62,000 nucleotides of DNA, taken from positions 558,001 through 620,000 of the forward strand of contig MU058645.1 of NCBI GenBank assembly GCA_013265495.1. Direction: 5' to 3'. Shown piece after piece: positions 13,190 through 24,925 of the stretch (position 1 is its first letter; every line of letters starts with the position of its first letter). This stretch comes from Vicugna vicugna. Lineage: Eukaryota. Made by a program: the position numbers and the translations under genes. The notes under the pieces were generated by a model. It did no database searches. It saw only the letters and a program-made list of their open reading frames with translations, and was not told the origin of the DNA.

Positions 13190-13560
13190 GGAAATCTATT
13201 TAATTTTTCAGATAGAACTAACCAATGATAAGAAAGTTCTTATGTTGAGTTATGATGTTTCGCCATGTAATTTCCATCTCCTGCTAAGAGTTCTTCCCTC
13301 TAGAATCATATGGAAAAAATCTGCCTCATCTTCCACTTGACAGACCACCAAAAGAGCATAGATCCCTGGTGTCTCCCATTAGGGATTCATTTTCTAAGCA
13401 CCCCCAGCTTCCTGACTTCCATTCCTCCGGTTACACTGTCACCCCTCTTGGGACATTCTCATGACTGTTCTTGGCCTTAAAATGTTTAGCTCAGAACGGA
13501 AAACAGTTCAGAGCTGAGTAGAAGGGAGTGTAATGGAGCTCTGAGAAGGACTCGGTCCAT
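13190..13560 (-). mobile_element. CR1/L3 LINE remnant
   Basis: aagaaagttcttatgttgag...ccatgtaatttccatc...gttcttccctctagaa...cctcatcttccacttgacag is typical antisense L3. Confidence 0.6.
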
Positions 13561-15179
13561 CTTAGACTGCAAGCAGTTACTATGGAAACCCTTTCTTGGG
13601 CTGGATGGTGGACATGGAATGATGGCAGCTCTGGCTCTTGGACATGATTCTCGGGCAGAGGAGAAGCCACCCTGTTTCACAGCTTTCCCTCCGCCGTGTT
13701 CTTGCACCGTGAGAGAGTTTCATTGCAAGGGCTCGTTTCAGATCAATGCTTTTTAAAGCTTAAAAAGAAAAATATGGCTGAACTAAAATGATAATAAAGA
13801 AAGCTCAAGATAATACAGCCTTTTATGTGGGCCTTATATCACACAAGCCAGGCTTTACAGCAATCCTGGAGGTGAGCATAAATTAGACAGTTTTTTAAAA
13901 AAAATTAATAAAATTTAGATTAAATATTAAAGGGAAAAGCTGTGGTCCATGCCTCCTGGATGGAGGCTCAGAAAAATGAGGTTTGTTCCTCTTTTTCCCT
14001 TGAGGCCAGCATGGTAAAAGAGTTTCTACAAAAATATATATTTTTTTAATTTAAAAAAAATTAAAATTAATTTTTACAACTAAAACTCATGCTATATGAG
14101 AGACTATTTTACCATGATTGTGCCATTTTGTAAAAAGGACCCAGAAAAGCAATCTGTCTTTATTATATTTTATTTTGCTCTATTTTGCTAGGACAAAGGA
14201 AGGGTGGGATTGTAAGCAACCTTTCAATATAGTTTAGAAACTTAATGTGGAAAGGGCACGAATATTGTAATTACGAGTTTTCTTTTATCAGCTGCAGTCC
14301 TCTTTGTTGCTCCTGCTATTTAAAGTTACTGTGCACACACTGTGGCTAATTCCCTTTGTTAAATTTCACAGTGAATGCAGCTTCCTGCATATTTGTTATT
14401 GCAGTCCTATGGATGTACGCTTCTCAGATAAAGGAAAAACTGGGTGCATCCATCTGTGGGCAAATTGAAAATGAGTTTAACCCCATGGCTTCCATGACTC
14501 TGTCCCCTTAGGCAAACTGTGCCCTCTGCTCTGGAATAACAAGATGTAAAATTGCAGTAACACATATGTTTTCTTTTTAATGGTATTTGGTGGAGCATCA
14601 AGGCAACATCCTTGATAGGACCCTGTATTTAGACAAAGAGGACCCGGGGAGGGAACACAGAGGGCAGGGGCTGGAGTAGAGGGCTGTGAAGTCTGGAGAA
14701 CCAGGGAAATTAGTAAAATACTTTTGACTTTGAGAGAAAAAAGTCTACTTTCATTATTCAAGGTGCATTCTCTAACAAGTTACTGGTTTATTTGCAGTTG
14801 GATTGGAGATTTTGAATCATGGTCATACCAGCTCCTTGAAGAGAGACTCAAGAAAGGTGAAGGCGGGGCGGCCGCCGAGGCCGGGCTGCAGACCGCGGCA
14901 GGGCCGGGGAGTCCCTTTCCAGGCCCTGCCAGAACCCCTGGGAAACACAGCGGTGGAGGCGCCTTCGGTTTTTGTTAAGAGTCATTCTCCACATTTCCCT
15001 TCCCCAGGATGACCGCTAACAGGAGTCTGTCCTTCGGCAAAGAGGGTGCTTTCAGTTTTCTCTTGTCTGTTGCCCTTCTTGTAATTTTCAGTGAGAGAGA
15101 GAGAGACAGTGAGAGAGTAACTGCCGCCCCTTCCTGTCCCTGTCAATCTAACAGTGGGAAGAGAGAAAGGCAAGGTCGG

Positions 15180-15180
<1 letters not shown>

Positions 15181-15221
<41 letters not shown>
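15181..15221 (+). repeat. (CA)20 microsatellite
   Basis: Perfect dinucleotide run. Confidence 0.98.
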
Positions 15222-15223
<2 letters not shown>

Positions 15224-15259
15224 ATAGATTTTGCTGTGTCACTGGGGATTGTAATGCTT

Positions 15260-15680
15260 GTTTATTCAGTCAACAAGCATTTGTTGAACGCCTGCTCTAT
15301 TCTAGGCCCTGATGAGGAAAAACTGTAATAAGCAAGGAAACATGTCAAAGACGTGTGCAGGGCCATGAAAGATGGGTCAGAGGCGCACGTCTGAGTGGCC
15401 GGCCAGGGCACTCGGAGTGATGTTTGCTTGGAGGTGAGAGTGCTGGGAAGCATCCAGTCTCGTGGGAAGCTTGAGAACCCCTGCTCCAGGCTGAGGGGAG
15501 AGCAAGCGCAAGGCCTTGGGCCGAGAGAGAGCTGTACTCCCTTCTGCTGGAGAAACTCAAAGAAGCCAGCGCGGCAGGCTGTGGGGCCAGGGTGAGACTG
15601 CAGGCGCGGAGGGAGGAGTCAGCAGACCCGGGGCAAGGCCTGGTTTGGCTCTTATCCAAAGTGCAGCAGTGGATCATGGA
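15260..15680 (-). mobile_element. L2 remnant
   Basis: tattcagtcaacaagcatttgttgaacgcctgctctattctaggccctg is the reverse complement of the L2 tail. Confidence 0.6.
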
Positions 15681-15689
15681 GGCTATATC

Positions 15690-16110
15690 TTTTTTTTTTT
15701 TTTAAGAATATGAACGATTTAAAACAGACTCAGACGTGTAGAGAAGAGCATCATGATTGGGTATCGGCATCACGTGCTCCCACAGTGAATGATCCACACT
15801 GTCCTCATTGCCTGGCCCCACCCAGTCTTCCCATCCGGACCAGATTTCACTACACACTCCTCTGGATATCGTTGCATTTCTCCCGCAAATACTGCACCTT
15901 TAAACGGAAGAATGAGTCCTTAAGAGCACCCAGTAAATACTACCAGATAGTGTGTCTGTGCTTAAAAGCTGTCTGTGTACGATTTTTGTTTTTGTTTGTT
16001 TGGATCTGGATCCAAATAAGGTTCATATATTGAAACTGGTTGGTATTTCATGTCAAGTCTCTTTTAACTCATAGGTTTCCTTTCAGGAGAGTGTTTAAAG
16101 CCAGGAAATA
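15690..16110 (-). mobile_element. Old L1M (L1MC4-like) 3' UTR remnant
   Basis: Poly-T, then ggatccaaataaggttcatatattgaaactggttggt...aagtctcttttaa. Confidence 0.6.
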
Positions 16111-16739
16111 CCATGACTTGTCACTCTTTAAAGACTCCTCTGGCTCCTGTGGAGACCAGGGAGCAAGCAGGCAAGATGGAAGAAGAGGGACGGGTTGGGA
16201 GAGGATGGTGCTAGGGGTACCAGTGAGATAGAAATAACTTTGCTGAATGCAGGGTTTATTTTCTATCTCATTTTCCAGTTGGAGCTTACTGGACATTTTT
16301 TTTTACAAATAGTCAACTCAATTTATGTATTATGAATATATGCATGTAAAATGATATATATTTATGAATCACATCTGTAAATTATCACACACATGGAAAA
16401 GTATATATATATACACATATGCATATACATAGTATGTGGCATACTTGAACAACCAGCAGAGGAATCTAAAAAAAAGGAGTCTTGAATTCAAAAAAACAAT
16501 GCCCTTTGTTCATACCACCCCCACGCTTCTTAAAACAAGATTTATCAAATTGCCCTGTTGATTTTCTCTTTGAGTTGATGGCTTCACTTGAAATGATTAC
16601 ATTATTTCAGAGTAACAGTGCGTCTTAGATACTCATTGTCCTTTCCAGAAAGACAGTAAAGCACTTGGGTTTAAAATCGACTTCTGTGGCTGAAGGAGAC
16701 CAGAGAGATGAGCTGGCAACAAACGGAAGACCCAAGACT

Positions 16740-17600
16740 CAGGTTCCCGGCGGTGCGCCCGCTGCTGGAGGGGAGGGCTCTGCGCACCGGGACAGGTAAG
16801 CCCGGGTGGCCGCGGGCCGCCTGCCGCCGCCGCCACGTGCGCCCCGGCTGTTCCGGCGCCGGCTCCTCCTGTCCCCACGCGTAAGTGCTGTGCGCCGGCT
16901 GGTCCTGCCGGCCGGAATCTCGCTGCCGGCTCCCGCCTCCCTGCACGGGTTCCCAGCCTTCCCGGGGACACCTCAGTGTGGCGCCGAGGACACCACTCTC
17001 TCCTCCTGGCTTGTGCTGCTTCTACCCACCGGCGTTCTCGTTTTACAGAGAGGGTCCCTCTGATGGCGTGTCCCGCTTCTGCGAGCTTCACTTGCAAAGC
17101 GCCTGGGGTTACGACTCCAGGGTGCCGTCCCAGAGACCCCCAAGTCTGCACTGTGTGTCTGACTGTAGTTTGGAGTTCTAAACATTAGGAGAAAGAGGGA
17201 GGGCAAAACAGCTTCCATTCCTTATGGTCTTTTATGAGCCCTGAATGTCCACCGAGTCCTAGGGGCTTTCGGGCGCCTGCGTGCATGGGCCAGCGCGCGG
17301 CTGCCTCTGTACTGTGTGCACAAGTGGCCCTTCCCCTCCACAGAGCCGGCGAGGGCTTGCTTCCCGTCGGCCGCCCTTGCTCCTGGGGCTTGGCGGTGGG
17401 AGCGCAGCCGAAGACGCAGCCCGAGGCCGCGGGGCCTGCGGGGCGGGGCTGCCCGCGGGGGTGGGGGGCCAGGGGGTCCGGGCTGCGAGGCGCGCGGGGC
17501 GGCCGCGGCCTCTCCGCCAGCCTGATGCTCGCGCCCCTGGGTTTGGACCTCGGCTTAGGGTCGCCATCAGAGATGCCAGACGTGCACGCGCTGCTCCCCA
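16740..17600. promoter_or_regulatory. Orphan CpG island
   Basis: Two CpG-dense blocks (16740-17130 and 17270-17590) with GC boxes GGGGCGGGG. Plus-strand donors CAG|gtaagc (16796) and CGC|gtaagt (16881). Confidence 0.7.
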
Positions 17601-17743
17601 CTCTCAGCTGCTTGCTTGGTGGTGGTGGTTTTGTCTTTTTGACTTTTTTTTTACCTCATTTGAGGAGATTCGAGGCTCTGTCTACATATTGCCAAACATC
17701 CAAATGAAAGTTGAAAAACGTAATTAAAAACCCCAGCGCCTTG

Positions 17744-17855
17744 AGGAGTAGGGTATAGCTCAGTGGTAGAGCACATGATAACGTGCACGGGGCCCTGGGT
17801 TCAATCCCCGGTACCTCCATGAAATAGTAATAATAAAATTCTAAAATTAAAAAAA
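17744..17855 (+). mobile_element. tRNA-derived camelid SINE (Vic-1-like)
   Basis: A box tagctcagtggtagag, B box gggttcaatcccc, A-rich tail, and possible TSD gcctt(g/a)ag. Confidence 0.85.
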
Positions 17856-18278
17856 TTGCCTTAAGCAGCCAAATTAATAAGTAAATAATAAAATCCCAAT
17901 ATTTGTGTTGCAAAGAAACAGTCCAGTGTTTCTCATTTTTGGGCAAGTGCAGGGAGGGAAAAAGCTTTACCTCGATTTGATCAGAATGGTATCTTGTTCT
18001 ACACTGAAAGCGCTAAAAACAAGCTGAGTTAAATCAAACTGTGATTGACACAATTCTTTGCACACCCCCAGTGTACCCGATACCTGGCTACTTGCAGATC
18101 AGTAATTCAAGGACGACTCTGTGCCCTTTGGCTTTCTCTAAAGAGTTGCCTCAAATGGCCTGACCCTTTTATACTCGCGATGGAGCCTTCATTCTCTGAC
18201 AGCACCATCATTTTTAAAAGGAAAAGTACAATAATTAATAAATGCTATTTCAGATGAGCAGTTTGCTGCATGCCAGCC

Positions 18279-18403
18279 ATGTGTGTGTGTGCGCGTGTGT
18301 GTGGTGTGTATGTGTCTGTGTGCGTGGTGTGTGCATGTGTCTGTGTGTGTGGTGTATGTGCGTGCGCACCCGTGGGCATGTGTGTGTGGGCGTGTGTGGT
18401 GTG
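18279..18403 (+). repeat. Degenerate (TG)n / purine-pyrimidine tract
   Basis: About 125 bp of interrupted TG/CG alternation. Confidence 0.9.
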
Positions 18404-19569
18404 CCGGGGAATTACTATGTGATTGGGCTCATTTTCTTTTGTTAAATTTCCAGCTGTGTGCATCAGAGCATTTCCTTATTCCGGAGGGAAGTGGAAGCCC
18501 TGAGTGAAGCAGAGGACAGCTCCTTCTCAGTGCTTCCTGTTGAGGGAAACAGGAAGTGCTGGGGAGTCATGAGGAAACCTGCCAGCAAGAGATTTCTAGA
18601 GTTGAAAGCGTAGGACCGTGGGGCCCAGCATGGAGCCCAGACCTCGGAGCTTAGAAGTTGCTAGGAAATGGATGCTTGAACTTCAGTGCTTCCCTTTCCT
18701 ACAGTCGAATCAATAGAGACTCTTGGCAAATACTGAATGGCTGAAGTCTGGAGAAACCCAGGCTTGTGAAGGCTGCAGAGCCATCCACAGCACCCGGAGC
18801 AAAAGGCCAGCTCGTGGTTGATCCACAGAGCAGTGGAGAAGGGGTCAAGGGTGAGTCAAAGATACTCATCGCTGCTGCTGGAATTCCAGAGTGGCATTCA
18901 TTGAGAGCTTCCTTTCTTTTTTAATAAAGTCATTGAGAGCAAGGGACCAGATGTCAGCCTGGCTTAGTGAAGCTAAGTTTGGTTGGAAAAAGAAAGTGAG
19001 ATAGAGCAGAACGATGCATAACAATATGCAAACAAAGTGGAAGAGGAAAGCTGACAAAGGTCCACACCAGGAGGCGCCACCCAACCTGCAGGAACTTGTT
19101 TGCAGGAGTGAACACGGAGCTTCAGTTGCTCTCGGAGTGGGCTGGGGCATTTCTGGCTAATAAGTAACAGATTGAAGAATAATGCCTGTCAGAGCTCCGT
19201 TGTCCAGAACAGACCTGGATGCTTTAATATGAACTCGTGTGGGCATCCATGACCCCTGACGCTAGGACTTCTGCCCCCACTGAAGGGGCCCATGACAGGA
19301 TCACCAGTGACACCTGAGTCCTTAAATGGGTCCCTTCCAGATCTCGAAGCCTCAGTACCTCTGAAACATGTTGCGCTGACGGGTACTCCTGTGTTGTTAG
19401 ACTATTTCTGTATTCACATGTCCCTTGTCTTCCCGAATACCCTGCTTTCCTCTGCTCTTCTGGCCACATCTTCACCTATAAGCTTTTCTCTCTCCATTTA
19501 TTACACTGTTTTTGGGCTGGGGGCTGGGGGTGGGGGCAGGGCATCTGAGCTTTCTCTTTTCTCACTTTT

Positions 19570-19960
19570 GGAGATGCATGCACTCTTTGACTTTAATTAC
19601 GGTTTCTTTGCTCACAATTGCTACTTTTCTGTGCAGAGTTTCAGCTCTATAAAACCAAATGCCTTCTCAAACCCTCTGCCTGGAAATCCCACCGGCATCT
19701 CACACTTGGCAAGCTCAAAACAAAACCCAGCGTCTCTTCTGCTCTGCCACGATCCACCTTGTACGGCATCAGCATCCACCCATGTATGGAAGTGGCAAGC
19801 CCGAGGGCCCTCCTCCAGTCCTCTCCCTTCCTCGTTTCCACCTCCAATAAAGTCTCAAGCATTGTCTTTTTTTCTTCCTAAAATATCTCTAAAATCTGTC
19901 ACCGTTTCCAAGACTTCTATCAGGAAGTGCTGTTGAGTAATCTTGTTTGGTGAATAGATG
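19570..19960 (+). mobile_element. L2 remnant
   Basis: ccctctgcctggaaatcccaccggcatctcacacttggcaagctcaaaacaaaac. Confidence 0.55.
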
Positions 19961-20407
19961 GACATGTGACTAAGATTCGCTTACGACATGCCAGAAACCC
20001 CAGCTCAATGCACAAAGGGGGCCCTGAGGCCACGGCCAAGTGATTCAGTTCCAGTCCCCACACGCGTTTGTGCCCTGACAATGCCACCACTTTCAGAATG
20101 GACAAGAATATGTTTCCTCATGTGCTAAAACTCTCCTGAGGCTCTGACTACTGCAAGATCATAAAGCAACAAATATTTTCGGCCTGCACTCATGCAAATT
20201 TTTATCAGTCAGCATAATCTGTGGTTTTCCTCTTTTTCTGTATTTCATACTTTCTCCACTTAACAGAGGCTGCCTCCATCAGCTCCTGCAGAACAAATTT
20301 CCATCTTAGGACACCCCAGTCTCCCTTTCTTCAAAGACAATCTGTTGGCCATTTTACTACTAATGTCTATTTTCATCTGAGATAAGCCAAGAAAATGAAC
20401 AGATGTT

Positions 20408-20464
20408 TGATAGCTAGGTAGATAGCTAGGTAGGTAGATAGGCAGGTAGATAGATAGGTAGATA
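20408..20464 (+). repeat. Degenerate (TAGA/TAGG)n tetranucleotide repeat
   Basis: gatagctaggtagatagctaggtaggtagataggcaggtagatagatagg. Confidence 0.85.
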
Positions 20465-21081
20465 AAGATTGTCTCAGGAAGACAGAATTGCATATGCTTA
20501 CCATGTTTATGACTAGCAGGGGTATTACTCAGTTTCTGTGACTAGATTCAAAGGCAGAAAGATAAACAACAAGGAGAAAGATCATCTAAGCTACTTAAAA
20601 AAATAAAACTAGAAAGACACGAAATCTTGAAAGCAGATGGAGAAAGGAAGCAAAGCGGGGCGGCGACATCAGGAATCAACGTTCTAGGACGTCCAGGGTA
20701 AAAAGGTGGACAGAGCAGCCAGAGGACAAGGGCTAATATAAGATTACCTGTTGGGTCAAATCACTAAATTTTAGGATTTTTCCCCCCTTAATATGTCCTC
20801 CCACAAGAAACACAAAACAAGATGTGTTTCTTGGCAGAATTTGTAAACTTTAAAAGTTTTTCATTGTATTCTGAAGACCTTCCCCCCTTGCTGTAAAGTT
20901 AATGGACACAAATATATTCGCATCGCTGTGGGCATTCTCCAGGACAAGAAGGATGTGCAGACATCTTCATTAGCCTTACAGCAAAAATTAGCCATCACAG
21001 AAATGCCAGCCTATTCTGGAGAACTAAGAGATCTGTACCAGTGTGATCTCACAGCATGAAACGTGTGAAACCTCTCATATG

Positions 21082-21753
21082 TTATTCTACACATGTGGCT
21101 GGGATTTCAAAATTTAAAATCTTACGGATCTCTGTTAGGTAGGTAGGTGTCCAACTTAGAAATTCCGCAGAAAAGGCAACAGAGTTTAGGTGTCGTTGAC
21201 CTTGTGTCTGATCATGCTTCGGCTGCCACACAAGCTCATCTTGTCCCCGCATCCCTGACCGCACGTCACGACGCCCATGTGCCATTCTCACATATGTGCA
21301 GGTTAGAGGCTCAGCACGTGGTAGGGCAGAGGGGGCGTCACAAGGTAACTGATGGAGGGAAAACTAAAACGATTTCCCCTCGTGTGGTCATCGTCCGCTG
21401 TCTTTCTATTTTTACAAGAGGGAAATGAGTCAGTTAATTCTTTTCATCCTGAAGGGTTGTCAAAGTTTAACACATCTTCGGTTTCAAACAGTGACAACCT
21501 TCTTCAAAATTCTGCAGGGAGCTCGGAGAGCTGCTGTGCTGGTCGTTCCTCAATTACGTGGGTTTCTGAAGTTGATTTGGCTATTGAAGGTGATACTTCT
21601 TGATTAATTCACAGTCATCCTGAAAGGACATTTTTCCTGCTGGATGTCCTACACCAGGAGTGAAAAAGTCTTAGGTGGAACCTCCGTTCTCTTCATCGTC
21701 ACAGATCCCCTGTGGAGGCACTTTTCTGTAGACTCCAGTGACATTCCAGGTAC
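21082..21753 (-). pseudogene. Terminal pseudo-exon H, cytoplasmic tail with mutated acceptor
   Basis: Perfect branch point TACTAAC (within 21780-21772) and a pyrimidine tract ending CAT instead of CAG. Protein-like frames: VPGMSLESTEK.., 21605-21303 (NQEVSPS..PPLPYHVLSL, two internal TGA), and 21363-21082 (..TCTYVRMAHG..FEIPATCVE*). Confidence 0.55.
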
Positions 21754-21829
21754 ATGTAGAGGTAAAGGTCAGTTAGTAAGTTTTCAAGGACAGATAACCT
21801 GTTCCAATATTTTAGAAAATAGAGGATGT

Positions 21830-22180
21830 GCACACTCACAATACACATATACACAATATACATATACACAATGTATGACATGTACGTGCACTTATGTAGT
21901 CTTAGAAATCATGAGCTTATACCAGCTTTTCACATTGCAACCCAATTCACTCCAATCTAATCCAAATTCATTCATATATATACAAACAAGTATTATATAT
22001 AATACATTGCATGTGTATTATGTGTCTTATCTGTATATAATACACATATATATTATGTATAATGTATATTATAGCATTAATAGGTAATGCTATTATAGTA
22101 AATAATATATCAATAGGTAATACACAGTTATATATACTATACATACACTATGTTACATAATGCTATGTTGTATATAACTT
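21830..22180. repeat. AT-rich low-complexity (TA/CA) region
   Basis: Repeated tacacatatacacaa and tatataat units. Confidence 0.75.
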
Positions 22181-22869
22181 TATTCTTTCACAGTAAGAAC
22201 TTGAATTTTCAGCATCCTTTCATGTCCTCATTCACTCAGTCCTCTAAAAGATTTAAAGAGGTTCAGAGCTGACCGCCCACACCTCGCTAAGGAGTGAACC
22301 ACTGAGTCAGGAGGGGAGGGTTTGCTGGCAGCTACTCCCCCACCCCCTCCCGCCCCCGCCCCAGGACTGAGGACACATAGTCAACACTCTGTTCACAAGT
22401 TACATGAAAGTGTCCTTCTGCCCCGACCCCAATGTGGTTTTGTTGCTCATTTTAAAGACAGTTGCATTCATTTGTTTCAGTTTGCTTTCAGTTCTATTTC
22501 CTCTCCATTCATGTTTGTTTTATTTTTTAATTTTTGGTAGAACATTAAGATGTTTCACATCTCGAAACTATACAAAAAGGCAGTCTCAGAAAAGTTTATT
22601 TTGTGTCGTCTTATTGGAGCTATATTTTAGGGTAATTTCTGGAAGTGGGATTTCTGTGGTTGTGTTAGGTGTGACCAAATCCCGCTCCCCAAGAGCCATG
22701 TGCATCCCTGACAGTGATGGGTGTTCTGAAAGTAAATTGCCAGCAGAGTAAATTGTCGAGGTCTTAAGTTTTGTCCAAATAGAAGGATGAGAAATGATAT
22801 CTCAGGATAGTTTTAATTGACATTTTTCTTATTATGAGTAAGTGGAATATCTTTTGCATATAAATAAAT

Positions 22870-22923
22870 TTTTTAACATTTTTTATTGATTTATAATCAT
22901 TTTACAATGTTGTGTCAAATTCC
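22870..22923 (-). mobile_element. Extremely 5'-truncated young L1 tail
   Basis: 53 nt identical to 49620-49672, flanked by taaat(t/g)ttttt duplication. Confidence 0.85.
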
Positions 22924-24569
22924 TAAATGTTTTTTAAATATCTCTTTTGTCAACTTTTCTATTCTTGAATGACTTGTATCCACATTTCTTTAAGATATTT
23001 TGTCCTTTTCCTCCAATGTATGTAAGTTTTTGCATGTTATATATGTAACCCTTCATCTGTATTTTTGCCCAGTTTATTTTTCTTTTGACCTAAAGTGTGT
23101 TTCCTGCCACGGGAAGAGATTTATTTGGGAGGGAGGGGGGATCAGTGCAGGAAACCTAACAAGCTTTTCATTTATTACATATGGATTTTGAATTGTTAGG
23201 GGAAAAAAAAGCATATACAGGCTATAGAAAAATTTACCTTTTTTAAGGAGCTCACATAATTTTATTTTTACATTTATATCTCTAACTCATTTGGAGTTAT
23301 TTTTGTGTATGTGTGGGGAATGGACCTAAATTTATCTTTTCCACAGTGATCATTCAGTTATTCCAAAGTCATTTATTAATAAGCCCATTGTGCCCTCAGG
23401 AATTTGAGATAACCACCTTCGTATTATGCAAGATTTCGGATATAGACTCTGGTCACAGAGTTGCCATGCTGATCATGTTGAAACATGTCCATTTGCTGCT
23501 GGGTCTCTTTGGAGAACTTTACTTTTTTTTTTTCAGATGGATTTTAAACAATTATTTGAAAGTTTCCTCCTATATATTTTACCTCTTATTACTATCATAC
23601 TTGAGATTTTCTCATTTATTACAGCTTGTAATGGATTCTTACCTGTGTATATGAGGGCTATTGATTTTTCCATGTTAATTTTTCTCCCGATATAATTGAT
23701 TAATTTTGATTGTTAGTTTTGTTAATTGTCTAGATTTTTCAGGTATACTATCATGTTCCCTCACAGAGATTTGTTTTTTTCCCAATTCTTTTGCCATCAA
23801 ATGTTTTTTTCTAGTTTAATTACATTGGCCAAACTTCCAGAACAGGTGGAAATAGTGGGAATTCTTGCCTTGTTCCTGAATTTAATGGGAATAGCTCTAG
23901 TGTTGCCCAACTAAGAAAGAATCTAGAATTACGATGGAGTTTTACTATGTATGTTTTTTTCATCACATGAAGGATTATTATTTCCACTCCTGTTTCTTTA
24001 AGAGATTTTTTTTTTTTAATGAAGTTGAATTTTGTCAAAGGCAACTATTTTCATCTCTGGAGATGGTCCTATGATTTGCCTCTTTAGACCTAATTATATG
24101 GTGAACTGTATTCATGAGATTTCCTGATATTGAACCATCCTTACAGTCTCGAATAAATTCACACATGCTCATAATGAATTGTTTCCTGAATGTTCTGTAA
24201 TCTGTTCAATAACACTTTAACGTTGACTTCTGCATCAATTAGTAAATGGAAATTAGTAAGTGGAATTGCTCTCTAACTTCCTTTGTTGTGCTCTTTCTTA
24301 AGTTTAGCTCCCGATGTTCCCATCCTTCATAAAAAGAGTCTGGAAGTCCCTTTCAAGAACTAAGCTCGCAAACAACTCATGTAGCATTGGGGCTGTTTGT
24401 CTGGCTATAATTCCCTGTGAAACTACATTGCTTGGTGCTTTTTTGAGGAGCTGTACTTCTTTATTTTTCTACTTATCCTGTGGAAATTGACTGTTTAAAC
24501 TTTCTGTGTATATGGGGGTAAATTTTAATAAAATTTGCAGCATCGACTTCTTCTGCATATATATTTTTA

Positions 24570-24925
24570 TACAACTCCTCCAGAGAAATGGAATCAATGT
24601 AATAGATATATACAGATTTATTTTAAGAAATTGGTTCATACCATTGTGGGATTGGCAAGTCTAAAAATTTTAGGACACACCAGCAGGGTAGAAATTCATG
24701 TAGAAGTTGATGCTGCAATCTTGAGGCAGAATTTCTTCTTCTCCAGGAGACCTCAGTGTTTGCTCTGAAGGCCTTTGACTGATGAGATGAGGCCCACCAA
24801 TTCAGAATTATCTCCTTTACTTACAGTTAAGACTGTAGGTGTTAACAACATCTACAAAATAACTTTCACAGCAAGATCTGGATTAGTGTTGGATTAAGTA
24901 ACTGGGCAGTGTAGGCTGGCAAAAT
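24570..24925 (-). mobile_element. ERVL LTR (MLT2D-like)
   Basis: ctccagagaaatggaatcaat...ttttaagaaattggttcataccattgtggg...gatgaggcccacc...ggattagtgttggatt. Confidence 0.75.

Noticed and set aside
17744..17820. tRNA-Ala-like gene
   Set aside because: Degenerate stems, an A-rich tail and a probable TSD indicate a tRNA-derived SINE.
21352..21603. Plus-strand 83-aa Ser-rich ORF
   Set aside because: Best explained as the antisense shadow of the minus-strand pseudo-exon H.
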